Part shown: piece by piece, positions 26,073 to 35,997 of the stretch | Numbering within the stretch: the first letter of the stretch is position 1 | Layout: each line of letters opens with the position of its first letter | From: Rhodothermaceae bacterium bin80 | GTDB taxonomy: Bacteria; Bacteroidota; Rhodothermia; Rhodothermales; Bin80 | Length of the DNA: 64,000 nt | Assembly (NCBI GenBank): GCA_002238805.1 | Contig: MPNB01000003.1 | Span: 6,407-70,406, forward strand | Reading direction: 5' to 3' | Notes under the pieces: generated by a model | Databases searched by the model: none | Seen by the model: only the letters and a program-made list of their open reading frames with translations | Told to the model about the DNA's origin: nothing | Translations under genes and position numbers: made by a program

Positions 26073-26570
26073 GTGAATTCTATGCATCGAGTAATGATTT
26101 TGGCTTTGGGCATCATGCTATTCTTGGGGGCCTGTTCCGGTCCCGGCTCTGATGGCGACCGTGCTGCCAGTAGTACGCTAAGGTTCAACCTCGGGACCTC
26201 AGCGCGGAATCATATCGTCACAACAGCTGAAAACGCTCTGCTAACACGGTACGGATATCGATTGGATCGACGCGTAGATACGGCTGAAGATGTACGATTG
26301 GAGACATCATGGAAAGAAGTTACCGCACTTGAAGATGAACGACTATCCGGGTATACCCAGGTGAGAGTGCGCGTTTCGGTTACGGCACGTCCACGCAGCC
26401 GTGCAGGAGGCATAGGTAGTACATTTGCCGCACGTATGGTAGCCGAGTGTGAGGGACAACCTGCAGTGGGAGGTAATTGGGTAGAAGTACCAATTACGTC
26501 TGAACGGGAAGCATATTTTGAAGAGATTGCCGAGTACCTCGAGAATGAGTTCAAGGGTGGCGTGATGTAG
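26073..26570 (+). CDS. hypothetical lipoprotein
   Basis: Has the lipobox signal ILALGIMLFLGAC and no recognisable domain. It occupies the slot that SusE/F-like lipoproteins usually fill. Confidence 0.5.
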   Translation: MNSMHRVMILALGIMLFLGACSGPGSDGDRAASSTLRFNLGTSARNHIVTTAENALLTRYGYRLDRRVDTAEDVRLETSWKEVTALEDERLSGYTQVRVRVSVTARPRSRAGGIGSTFAARMVAECEGQPAVGGNWVEVPITSEREAYFEEIAEYLENEFKGGVM

Positions 26571-26584
26571 CCGGGCCTTTCTGG

Positions 26585-29500
26585 ATGTTCAGCCGGCCTT
26601 TAAATAACACCCTGTGCTTCGTCCTGCTTGGTGCGCTCGTCCTTGTAGGGTGCGGTAGAGAGTCCGAACGTACGTGGGTGCCTTTCGAAGGGTATGAAGT
26701 GCGTCCGCTTGTTCCCCCGATCGGTAAAGGTACAGGGTTTACGGAAGTCTCAAACTCCATTGCGTTCAGCAATGCAATCAGCACTTCGGCCTTCGTAACC
26801 AACCGACATGTTGTGAATGGATCGGGTGTAGCTACGGGTGATGTAGACGGAGATGGCCTGCCCGATGTTTTTCTGGCAGGCATGGAGCATAGGAGTACGC
26901 TCCATCGCAACCAGGGGGATTGGCAATTCGAGGATGTGACCCTCGGGGCTAACCTGGGTTTGGTGAACCCGCGGGCAACCGGGGCAACGTTCGCTGACGT
27001 GGATGCAGATGGTGACTTGGATCTGTTTGTGACATCGCTTGAAAGCGGTTCACAACTGTTCCTGAACGATGGTGCAGGTCAATTCACAGACCATACCGCA
27101 CAGGCAAACCTTCCGCAATCCGGAGGCGCAACTACGGTTGCGCTGGCAGACATGGATCAGGATGGTGACCTGGATATATATATAGGCTTCTACAAGGAGG
27201 CCACGGTCAAAGATATCTGGCCGCCCAATGAAATCACCTTCGAACGCGTTGTAAAACAGGTTGCCGACTCGTTCGTGGTCAGTGATTACTGGGCAGATGA
27301 TTACAAGCTCATACGCCAGGGCGACCGCCTGATGCGTGTAGAGTTGGCAGAGCCAGATCGCGTATTCTTCAATGATGGGGCAGGCTATTTTACCGAAATA
27401 TCCTTTACAGATGGACTTTTTCTGGACGAAGAAGGTCATCCGTTAACGGAGTCCCCGCGAGATTGGACTCTAGCAGTACGCTTCCAGGACTTTAATGGAG
27501 ATGGGTACCAGGATCTCTATGTATGCAATGATTTCGAAAGCCCTGATCATTTTTGGCTGGGCAGTGCAGAGGGTACTTTCAGGGCAGTCTCCACATTGGC
27601 CCTGAGGAAAACCAGTCAGTCGACGATGTCCGTGGCTGCAGCAGATGTTGATGCAGATGGAGATGTGGACATGTTTCTGGCGGACATGCTGAGCCGGGAC
27701 TATATACGTCGGCAAAAGCAACATTTTGTAATACCTCCCGAGGTATTAACTATGGGAGATATTCGTGCACGTCCGCAGGAGATGCAGAACATGCTGCTGT
27801 TGAATCGCTCCGATACGACCTTTTCCGAGATAGCACGCATGAGTGGCGTTGCCGCGACGGGCTGGACATGGAGCAGTGCATTCATGGATGTGGATTTGGA
27901 TGGTCTGCAGGATTTGCTCCTCACCACCGGTCATGCATACGATGCAATGGATGCAGACGCACAAATCGCCACAGGCTCTTCCCGACGCCCCTGGCGAGAG
28001 GTTCTGTTGGATTTTCCAGACCTGGATCTACCAAATATTGCGTTTCGCAATCTCGGTGGTGCCCGTTTTGAGTGGGTTGAGGAAGGTTGGGGGCTTGGGG
28101 TAATCGCTGATGTGGCACATGGAATGGCCTTCGCAGACCTTGACGAAGACGGAGATCAGGATGTGATCATAAATCGCTTGGATGCTCCCGTGGGGGTATT
28201 TCGTAATGATGCAGAGGGTGAGCGAATTCTCGTTCGTCTTCGAGGGAATGAACCGAACCCACAGGGGGTTGGTGCAGTGGTGCATGTTGTTAGCGATAGT
28301 TTGCCCCCTCAGCGACAGGAAATTCTTGCAGGCGGACAATACCTCTCCTCAAACGACGCATCGCTCACGTTTGCCTATGCTCCGGGTGCACAGATTGAGG
28401 TGCATTGGGCAGGTGGCGGTCGCAGTGTCATAAAGGAGGTCATATCTAGTTACGAGTACAGAATCTTTCAGCCGGAAATCGAAGCAACCGAACCGTCTGC
28501 GGTTCAGGCTACGGAGACACTGTTCACAACGTTGAGCACGGGATTGCATCACGAAGAAACCAGTTACGCAGATTTTAATCGACAACCACTTTTGCCACAT
28601 AAACTTAGCCAGAGAGGCCCTGCGCTGGTGGCAGCAGACGTGGATGCAGACGGTGATGAGGATCTGATCCTGGGTGGAGGTAAGGGCAAACGGCTTCAGT
28701 TATCGATAAACGACGGCGGGCGGTTCACAACCACCCAGAGATTGGGCAATTTTTCTTCAGGAGATCACGGGGGTATAGTAGTTTTACCGGGTACCTCTAC
28801 GGTGCTGGCAGGAGTAAGTAACTATGAACGCACGCCGCAGGAAGCCGCAGAAGTTTCGCAAATTGTTCGGCTACCATCACTATATGGTTCTGAGACCTTG
28901 CATATATTCGGGCCGGAGAGCCCGGGGGCACTTGCATTGGGAGATTTTACTGGCGATGGTTTGCTTGAGCTCTTTGTAGGTGGTCATTTCATGCCCGGAC
29001 AGTATCCGGTGAATGTGAGCAGTGTCATCTACCGGATCGAAAATGGAATGCTGGTGCGAGATGACGCTCTTAGTGTGCCATTTGAAACGATAGGGCTCGT
29101 CTCCGGGGCTACTGCTGCCGATCTCAATGGCGATGGCACTACTGATTTGGCACTCGCGACGATGTGGGGGCCGGTACATGTATTTCACAACCGAGGAGAC
29201 GGGCAGTTTGTGCGGATGACGCGTGCGTTGGGATTGGCCGAGTATACTGGATGGTGGAATGGCGTGGCACCCGCAGATTTTGATGGGGATGGCAGACTGG
29301 ACTTGATTGCAACGAACTGGGGGCAAAACATCCCATATGCCCAGGATGTACCGCTCCGTGCGTATTACGGAGACTTGGATAATAATGGCAGCCTGGATAT
29401 TCTGGAGGTACAGCATACCTCGGAATTAGATGCTTTTGGCCTGGTACGGGATTTTCGTACGCTCACGCATGCCTTGCCAACGCTGCGGCAGCATATTCGG

Positions 29501-30223
29501 ACCTACGAGGAATTTGCGACACGTTCGGCGATGGATATCTTTGGCTCTGTACTGAGGGGAGTTGCTCAGCACGAGGTCACACAATGGCAGACAACGGTAT
29601 TTTTGAACCGGGAATCTCACTATGAGGCGGTGCCGCTTGCCGCTGAGGCCCAATGGTCGCCCGCCTTTGCGCCGGTTCCGGGGGATTTCAACGGTGACGG
29701 CCGTACAGACTTGTTTCTAAGTCAAAACTTTTTTGCGGTGGCTTCGGGCTATCCACGCTTGGACAGTGGTCTTGGATTGCTATTACTGGCGGATGAATCC
29801 CATAGACTTGTGCCACAACCGGCGCAGGTATCAGGTATTTACATTTACGGTTCACAGCGGGCTGCGGTGGGGGCAGATTTCGATCTTGATGGTCGGCTGG
29901 ATCTTGCTGTTACACAGAATGCTGGACCGATAGTACACCTTCGGAATACGACTGCAGTAACGGGTCTTCGTGTCGAATTGCAGGAGAATACCATGAATAC
30001 GGCTGCAATTGGGGCTCATGTCCGTGCGGAATACCGGGATGGCAGCCTGGGTGCTTCAGTGCCTGTGGTTGCAGGAAGCGGATATTGGTCACAGAGCAGT
30101 CTTGCACCGATATTGGCTCCGCGTGATCGGATTGTTAAAGTACACGTTAGCTGGCCGGATGGCGCAGCTACCACGACAGCTATCCAGCCGGATGTGCAGT
30201 CAATTGTAATCGCACAGCAATAG
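26585..30223 (+). CDS. FG-GAP/VCBS-repeat lipoprotein with two ASPIC/UnbV-like modules (CRTAC1-like)
   Basis: Has the lipobox LVLVGC and many DxDxDG calcium-loop repeats (DVDGDGLPDVF, DVDADGDLDLFV, DMDQDGDLDIYI, DLDEDGDQDVI). UnbV-like segments occur mid-protein (GVGAVVHVV...AGGQYLSSNDASLTF) and at the C-terminus (IGAHVRAEY...GSGYWSQSS). Confidence 0.85.
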   Translation: MFSRPLNNTLCFVLLGALVLVGCGRESERTWVPFEGYEVRPLVPPIGKGTGFTEVSNSIAFSNAISTSAFVTNRHVVNGSGVATGDVDGDGLPDVFLAGMEHRSTLHRNQGDWQFEDVTLGANLGLVNPRATGATFADVDADGDLDLFVTSLESGSQLFLNDGAGQFTDHTAQANLPQSGGATTVALADMDQDGDLDIYIGFYKEATVKDIWPPNEITFERVVKQVADSFVVSDYWADDYKLIRQGDRLMRVELAEPDRVFFNDGAGYFTEISFTDGLFLDEEGHPLTESPRDWTLAVRFQDFNGDGYQDLYVCNDFESPDHFWLGSAEGTFRAVSTLALRKTSQSTMSVAAADVDADGDVDMFLADMLSRDYIRRQKQHFVIPPEVLTMGDIRARPQEMQNMLLLNRSDTTFSEIARMSGVAATGWTWSSAFMDVDLDGLQDLLLTTGHAYDAMDADAQIATGSSRRPWREVLLDFPDLDLPNIAFRNLGGARFEWVEEGWGLGVIADVAHGMAFADLDEDGDQDVIINRLDAPVGVFRNDAEGERILVRLRGNEPNPQGVGAVVHVVSDSLPPQRQEILAGGQYLSSNDASLTFAYAPGAQIEVHWAGGGRSVIKEVISSYEYRIFQPEIEATEPSAVQATETLFTTLSTGLHHEETSYADFNRQPLLPHKLSQRGPALVAADVDADGDEDLILGGGKGKRLQLSINDGGRFTTTQRLGNFSSGDHGGIVVLPGTSTVLAGVSNYERTPQEAAEVSQIVRLPSLYGSETLHIFGPESPGALALGDFTGDGLLELFVGGHFMPGQYPVNVSSVIYRIENGMLVRDDALSVPFETIGLVSGATAADLNGDGTTDLALATMWGPVHVFHNRGDGQFVRMTRALGLAEYTGWWNGVAPADFDGDGRLDLIATNWGQNIPYAQDVPLRAYYGDLDNNGSLDILEVQHTSELDAFGLVRDFRTLTHALPTLRQHIRTYEEFATRSAMDIFGSVLRGVAQHEVTQWQTTVFLNRESHYEAVPLAAEAQWSPAFAPVPGDFNGDGRTDLFLSQNFFAVASGYPRLDSGLGLLLLADESHRLVPQPAQVSGIYIYGSQRAAVGADFDLDGRLDLAVTQNAGPIVHLRNTTAVTGLRVELQENTMNTAAIGAHVRAEYRDGSLGASVPVVAGSGYWSQSSLAPILAPRDRIVKVHVSWPDGAATTTAIQPDVQSIVIAQQ

Positions 30224-30224
30224 T

Positions 30225-33200
30225 GTGATGTATGACAGTTATCGAAAATGGGCGATCGTGACAGTTATCGCGATAGTAGGCTGTACTGATTCGCCAACCG
30301 ACTGGACACAGAGAGATGGTTTTCGTTACCGGGAGCTGAATGTGCAGGGTCGGTCGCGTACGGGTTTCAAAGAGGTTACTTCGCAGCGGTCCGGGATCAT
30401 GGCAGTCAATGCTGTATCACAGGACGCGATATTAGCAAACCGGCACATGATGCATGGATCCGGTATTGCAATTGGGGATGTGACGGGTGATGGATTGCCC
30501 GACGTGTATGTAGCCCGGTTATCGGCACCGGATGTGCTCTACCAAAACCTTGGTGATTGGAAATTTGAGAATATTTCTGTCCGGGCGGGGCTGGACAGCA
30601 CGGCTCGCGCCACAGCCGGTGTGGTAATGGCTGATTTGGACGGTGATTATGATTTGGATTTACTTCTCACTATGCCTCTTGGTCCGGGGGCGGTATATCG
30701 CAATCTGGGAGGGGGCAGGTTTGAGCTCGTTCCCAACGCTTCAGGACTAAATTCTTCGTACGCCAGCACAACCGCAGCTTTGGCCGACATCGATCACGAC
30801 GGAGATTTAGATGCATACATTGCCCGGTACAAGCGAATTGCACTGGCCGACAGTTTGCCCCCTGCGGCCATTAGCTGGGAAGCGGTACTATCGGAGGGAG
30901 AACAGATTCCAAAAAAGGAATTCCAGGCACATTACAAGTTTACACAGGTCGGGACCAAAATCATACGTAGCGAGCTTGCAGAACCGGATGGGCTTTATCT
31001 CAATGATGGTTCGGGACATTTTACTCCGGTCTCATGGACTAACGGGGCTTTTTTGGATACGGCAGGAGATCCGATAGCATCAGCCCCAAAGGATTGGGCA
31101 CTTACGGCCAAGTTTTATGATGTGACGGGGGATGGTATAGCAGATCTGTATGTTTGCAACGATTTTGACAGCCCTGATGCACTTTGGATCGGGCTCGGAA
31201 ATGGTGTTTTTCGACATGCGCCAGATAATGCGTTACGTAAGACAAGTAACGCGACTATGTCGGTAGATTTTTCAGATGTGAATCGTGACGGTATTGTTGA
31301 TTTTTTTATGACCGACATGTTGAGTCGCGATTATTCCCGGAGGCTTCGTCAGCGGAATACGCGCATCCCGCTGGAAGGTCCTCCAGGTGATTTGTCGTTC
31401 CGTCCTCAGGAAATGCAAAACGCACTCATGGTTGGTCGCGGGGACACCACCTTTGCAGAACTAGCCTGGTTTGCGCAGGTAGCTGCATCTGACTGGTCCT
31501 GGGCTACGAGTTTCATGGATGTCGATCTGGATGGCTGGGAAGACATTTTAATCACGACGGGACATGTGTACGACGTACAGGATCTAGATGCACAAGGAGT
31601 AGAGCAGCGTCGCATGGCAGCGGCCCCCTCTTGGCAGGCAGCCAGGCGACTGCTCCTGCATTTTCCGCCTCTCGCACTCGAAAACGTAGCATTTCGTAAC
31701 CGTGGAGATTTGACGTTCGAGAATATGCCTGGAGGATGGGGGTTAGGTCAAAGCGCTGATGTGGCGCATGGAATGGCACTGGGAGATCTGGATGGAGATG
31801 GCGATTTGGACATCGTTACGAACAGGCTGAATGCGGCACCGGGCGTTTATCGCAATACGGGGAAGGCAGATCGGTTGGTGGTTATGTTGGAAGGCGAGCC
31901 TCCAAACACGGGTGGGGTTGGAGCGGCGATACGTGTACACTGTGCGGGGTTACCGGAGCAGTCTAAGCAAATGTCTTCGGGAGGAAGTTATCTGTCATCC
32001 AATCAGTTGATCGCGGTTTTTGCAGTAGGATCTTGGCCGTGCCGGGTTGAAGTTGCCTGGCCGAGGGGTAAACACTCGAGTGTTAACGTGGAAGCGGGTA
32101 ACAGACTTTATGTGATTGAAGAATCAGGGGCAACGGATCCAACTCAGTCACAGCTGCTTTCCCCGGCGGTGTCCATGTATACGCTGCATTCGCAGCTTGA
32201 GCCGCTGATAGAACATGAGTTTGATGATTTTGAGCTTCAGCCGCTGCTGCCTTGGCGCCTCAGTCGGCGGGGGCCGGCACTCGCCGCCATAGATGTTGAC
32301 TGGGATGGTCGTTTTGAGTTACTGGAAGGCGGGGGGCAGAATCAGGCATTCAGACTGCAGGGCAGACCCATCCTAGCCCCACTGTTAGGTGATGCAACAG
32401 GCATTATTGCTCTTCCCATCAGCCGTAGTCGTATACGTGTGATGGTGGGTGAGTCCGGCTATGAGCGCTTTCCAGACTCGTCCTGGATCCATATTTATGA
32501 TATTGCGCCGGATGGCAAAGAATTACAGCATCAAAGGCTTTCCTTTGGTCTGAGTGTGCCGGGACCGTTGTCTGTGGCAGATATCGATTCTGATGGGGAT
32601 TTGGATCTTTTTGTCGGGGGGCATTTCATTCCCGGGGCATATCCGAGAGTTGCAAACAGTCGCATCTATCTGAACGAAGACGGGGCTTATAGGCTTGGAG
32701 AGTCTCTAAATGGATTAGGGCTCGTAAGCGGCAGTGTGTTCGGAGATATGAATGGCGACGGACACGAGGACCTCGTGCTTGCCACGGAGTGGGGGCCAGT
32801 TCGGGTGCTTATAAGAGTAGAGGAAGGTTTTTCAGATCAGACTGAATTTTTTGGTCTGCAATCCTTCCGGGGCTTGTGGCGTGGTGTGTCAGTCGGTGAT
32901 TTTGACGGTGATGGCAGACTTGATATTGTCGCTTCAAATGCCGGATGGAACAGTCGCTATAGTCGCAGTACACAGGTGCGTCTGCACTACGGTGATTTCG
33001 ATGCTAATGGCACGACTGACATTCTGGAATCATTTCTGGATCCGGTCACGAATAAATATCGGTCATCACGTATGCTCGCTGATCTGATACCGGCCATCCC
33101 CCCAATACAGATGCGTGTCACTTCGCACCAGGACTTCAGCACTATGGAGGTTGCACAACTTATGCCATCAGCAGGGGAGAATGCTCAGATCGCCGAAGCA

Positions 33201-33830
33201 GACATGTATGCATCGAGTATCTTTCTTAGCAGGGGGGATCATTTTGAGCACCGTCCATTGCCTGCGGAAGTACAGTACAGCACAAGTATCAGCCCTGTTG
33301 TACTGGATGCGAATCTTGATGGGCACGAAGACATCATTTTATCTCAGAATTGGTTCGCTTATCCTTTGTCAACACCGAGGCAGGATGCGGGTCGGGGACT
33401 CTTGCTATTAGGCCACGGTGATGGCACGTTCACCCCGGCTCCCCAATCCGGATTTGAAATCTATGGAGAGGGGCGGGCTGTCTCTGTTGGAGATTTTGAT
33501 GGAGACGGACAGGATGAGATTGCTTTTTCGCAGCACAATGGTGCGACACTCGTGTATCGTAGAACGTTGTACAGGGAGGGCATTTCTGTTGAATTTGATC
33601 CTCCCACCGATGCTATTGGGGCGATTCTTCGTGTGGTTTATTCAGATGGGAGTCGAGGACCAGCCCGTTCAGTAACTGGGGGAACGGGATATTGGTCGCA
33701 GAATGCGACAACGACTACCCTTGGATTCAGTGGTACTCCGGCTGGAATTGAAGTGATCTGGCCCGGTGGTCAGCAACCGGTTGTGGTGAAACTGGAGGAG
33801 GGCAGAAGAGTGTTGTTGACGAAGCAATAG
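30225..33830 (+). CDS. FG-GAP/VCBS-repeat lipoprotein with two ASPIC/UnbV-like modules (paralog of the previous gene)
   Basis: Has the lipobox VIAIVGC and the same architecture, colinear with 26585..30223 (for example GVGAAIRVHC...SGGSYLSSNQ and GGTGYWSQNA). It starts 2 nt after the preceding stop. Confidence 0.85.
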   Translation: MMYDSYRKWAIVTVIAIVGCTDSPTDWTQRDGFRYRELNVQGRSRTGFKEVTSQRSGIMAVNAVSQDAILANRHMMHGSGIAIGDVTGDGLPDVYVARLSAPDVLYQNLGDWKFENISVRAGLDSTARATAGVVMADLDGDYDLDLLLTMPLGPGAVYRNLGGGRFELVPNASGLNSSYASTTAALADIDHDGDLDAYIARYKRIALADSLPPAAISWEAVLSEGEQIPKKEFQAHYKFTQVGTKIIRSELAEPDGLYLNDGSGHFTPVSWTNGAFLDTAGDPIASAPKDWALTAKFYDVTGDGIADLYVCNDFDSPDALWIGLGNGVFRHAPDNALRKTSNATMSVDFSDVNRDGIVDFFMTDMLSRDYSRRLRQRNTRIPLEGPPGDLSFRPQEMQNALMVGRGDTTFAELAWFAQVAASDWSWATSFMDVDLDGWEDILITTGHVYDVQDLDAQGVEQRRMAAAPSWQAARRLLLHFPPLALENVAFRNRGDLTFENMPGGWGLGQSADVAHGMALGDLDGDGDLDIVTNRLNAAPGVYRNTGKADRLVVMLEGEPPNTGGVGAAIRVHCAGLPEQSKQMSSGGSYLSSNQLIAVFAVGSWPCRVEVAWPRGKHSSVNVEAGNRLYVIEESGATDPTQSQLLSPAVSMYTLHSQLEPLIEHEFDDFELQPLLPWRLSRRGPALAAIDVDWDGRFELLEGGGQNQAFRLQGRPILAPLLGDATGIIALPISRSRIRVMVGESGYERFPDSSWIHIYDIAPDGKELQHQRLSFGLSVPGPLSVADIDSDGDLDLFVGGHFIPGAYPRVANSRIYLNEDGAYRLGESLNGLGLVSGSVFGDMNGDGHEDLVLATEWGPVRVLIRVEEGFSDQTEFFGLQSFRGLWRGVSVGDFDGDGRLDIVASNAGWNSRYSRSTQVRLHYGDFDANGTTDILESFLDPVTNKYRSSRMLADLIPAIPPIQMRVTSHQDFSTMEVAQLMPSAGENAQIAEADMYASSIFLSRGDHFEHRPLPAEVQYSTSISPVVLDANLDGHEDIILSQNWFAYPLSTPRQDAGRGLLLLGHGDGTFTPAPQSGFEIYGEGRAVSVGDFDGDGQDEIAFSQHNGATLVYRRTLYREGISVEFDPPTDAIGAILRVVYSDGSRGPARSVTGGTGYWSQNATTTTLGFSGTPAGIEVIWPGGQQPVVVKLEEGRRVLLTKQ

Positions 33831-33834
33831 ATTC

Positions 33835-35988
33835 ATGTCACGTTATTTGACGCTGCTCTTTTTGTTGCTTGCTGCATGCAGATCAACCGAGCCCGAGGGC
33901 ACGGTACAAATGGCTGCGGAGCTTGAAGCAATTGCCGCGGAAACCGACCGAAATCCCCGTCAGAATGCTCATGCAAATGTGGCACGCGCAGCCGCGTTGG
34001 GCATACAGACCATTCCAACAGCTCTTCCCGATCGTATACAGTACAGCGCTTTACTCGGGACCGAGCTGCTGCGGGCAGGGGATAGCGAAGCCGCAGCCGG
34101 GGTATTCGAAGAGATTCTGCAATTACTGGACGCATCCCCCGATGAATTTAATCCGTCGTGGCGTTTGGCTGTTATGGATCACCTCGCGCTCAGCCACTTG
34201 CGGATTGGAGAGCAAGAAAACTGCCTGGTGGATCACAGCGCCTCCAGATGCCTGTTCCCAATCGATCCCACAGGCGTTCATACTCGGCAGCGAGGGTCAG
34301 CAGTGGCCATTCAGTGGTATGAAAAAATTCTTGAAGAAGCCCCAGAGGATATGAATGCTTTGTGGTTGCTGAATCTGGCCCACATGACGCTGGGTACACA
34401 TCCAGACGGGGTTGATTCTAGGTGGAGGATTCCAGTGAATGCATTTCATCAAGGGGCATCAATTCCGAGATTTGTGGATGTGGCTCCACTCCTGGGTGTA
34501 AATGTTATGGGGCTGTCTGGAGGCATCGTACTGGAAGATTTGTCTGGTGATGGATGGCTGGATATTATGATTTCTTCTTGGGGGTTGCGTGATCAGCTTC
34601 GGTACTTTGAGAATGACGGTAAAGGCAAATTTGAGGACCGTACGCATATAGCCGGGTTAACCGGTTTGACAGGGGGACTGAATCTGGTGCACGCAGACTA
34701 CGATAATGATGGCGATCAGGATGTGTTTGTGCTGCGTGGAGCGTGGCTAAGCGAAGGTCACCCGAATTCGCTCCTGCGCAATAATGGTCGAGGCAAGTTC
34801 GAAGACGTCACCATAGAATCTGGAGTTTATTCCCGTCACCCGACACAGACAGCTGCATGGAGTGACTTTGACCGTGATGGGGATCTAGATCTATTTATTG
34901 GGAATGAGTCCAATCCGCAAGCAGGGCGGCATCCGAGCGAGTTGTTTATTAACCAGGGCAATGGGACTTTTGTGGAGTCCGCTCGGGAATATGGGTTGGC
35001 GCTTATTGGCTACATTAAGGCCGTTGCCTGGGGAGATTATGACAATGATGGATGGCCCGACCTGTTCGTCAGCAGGTATCTCGAATCGAACCTGCTTCTA
35101 CGTAATGAGAATGGAAAGGTATTCACAGATGTAAGCAGTACTGCAGGTGTGCATGAACCAATAGATAGCTTCCCGGCGTGGTTCTGGGATTTTGATCAGG
35201 ATGGCTGGTTGGATCTGTTTGTTTCTGGCTGGCGTGCTACAGCCGGTGATATAGCTGCCGAATATCTTGAGTTGCCTGGCGGAGATGAGAAACCCCGGTT
35301 GTACCGGAATCGGCAGGATGGCACCTTTGAAGATGTAACAGAAGCAATGGGATTGAATAAAGTTATGTACACGATGGGGTGCAACTATGGGGATCTGGAT
35401 GGAGATGGATGGCTAGATTTTTATGTGGGAACCGGTGATCCAAACCTCCGGGCACTCATGCCCAACAGGATGTTTCGAAATGTTGAGGGATCTCGCTTTG
35501 AAGAAGTCACGGTCGCAGGAGGTTTTGGCCATCTACAGAAGGGACATGGCGTAGCATTTGGAGATATAAATCACGACGGAGCTCAGGACGTGTATCAGGT
35601 CATGGGAGGAGCCTTTGAGGGAGACCTCGCGCGCAATGTGCTCTTCGAGAATCCGGGACATACGAATGCCTGGGTTGTGCTTTCTCTAGAGGGTACAGGT
35701 TCTAATCGAAGTGCCATTGGGGCGCGTATATCACTCGTCACGGATGTGGATACCCTGTATCGTACGGTCGGGACAGGTGCGAGCTTTGGGTCGTCACCAC
35801 TTCGCTTGGAAATTGGCCTTGGCAAAGCTACAGCAATTGAGCTGGTAACGGTTGTATGGCCGGCTACCGGCATAGTACAGCAGTTTGAGAATGTACCGAT
35901 GCGGCAACTGATTGGCATCCGTGAAGAAACATCTACAATCGAAAGGGTACCTTTCATATCCGTACAATTGGGAGTACCTCCCCCTTAG
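33835..35988 (+). CDS. CRTAC1-family lipoprotein (helical/TPR-like N-domain plus FG-GAP repeats plus UnbV module)
   Basis: Has the lipobox LLFLLLAAC, FG-GAP loops (DYDNDGDQDVFV, DFDRDGDLDLFI, DYDNDGWPDLFV, DLDGDGWLDFYV) and a C-terminal UnbV-like segment (AIGARISLV...GTGASFGSSPLRLEIGLG). Confidence 0.85.
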   Translation: MSRYLTLLFLLLAACRSTEPEGTVQMAAELEAIAAETDRNPRQNAHANVARAAALGIQTIPTALPDRIQYSALLGTELLRAGDSEAAAGVFEEILQLLDASPDEFNPSWRLAVMDHLALSHLRIGEQENCLVDHSASRCLFPIDPTGVHTRQRGSAVAIQWYEKILEEAPEDMNALWLLNLAHMTLGTHPDGVDSRWRIPVNAFHQGASIPRFVDVAPLLGVNVMGLSGGIVLEDLSGDGWLDIMISSWGLRDQLRYFENDGKGKFEDRTHIAGLTGLTGGLNLVHADYDNDGDQDVFVLRGAWLSEGHPNSLLRNNGRGKFEDVTIESGVYSRHPTQTAAWSDFDRDGDLDLFIGNESNPQAGRHPSELFINQGNGTFVESAREYGLALIGYIKAVAWGDYDNDGWPDLFVSRYLESNLLLRNENGKVFTDVSSTAGVHEPIDSFPAWFWDFDQDGWLDLFVSGWRATAGDIAAEYLELPGGDEKPRLYRNRQDGTFEDVTEAMGLNKVMYTMGCNYGDLDGDGWLDFYVGTGDPNLRALMPNRMFRNVEGSRFEEVTVAGGFGHLQKGHGVAFGDINHDGAQDVYQVMGGAFEGDLARNVLFENPGHTNAWVVLSLEGTGSNRSAIGARISLVTDVDTLYRTVGTGASFGSSPLRLEIGLGKATAIELVTVVWPATGIVQQFENVPMRQLIGIREETSTIERVPFISVQLGVPPP

Positions 35989-35997
35989 TCGAGGATT

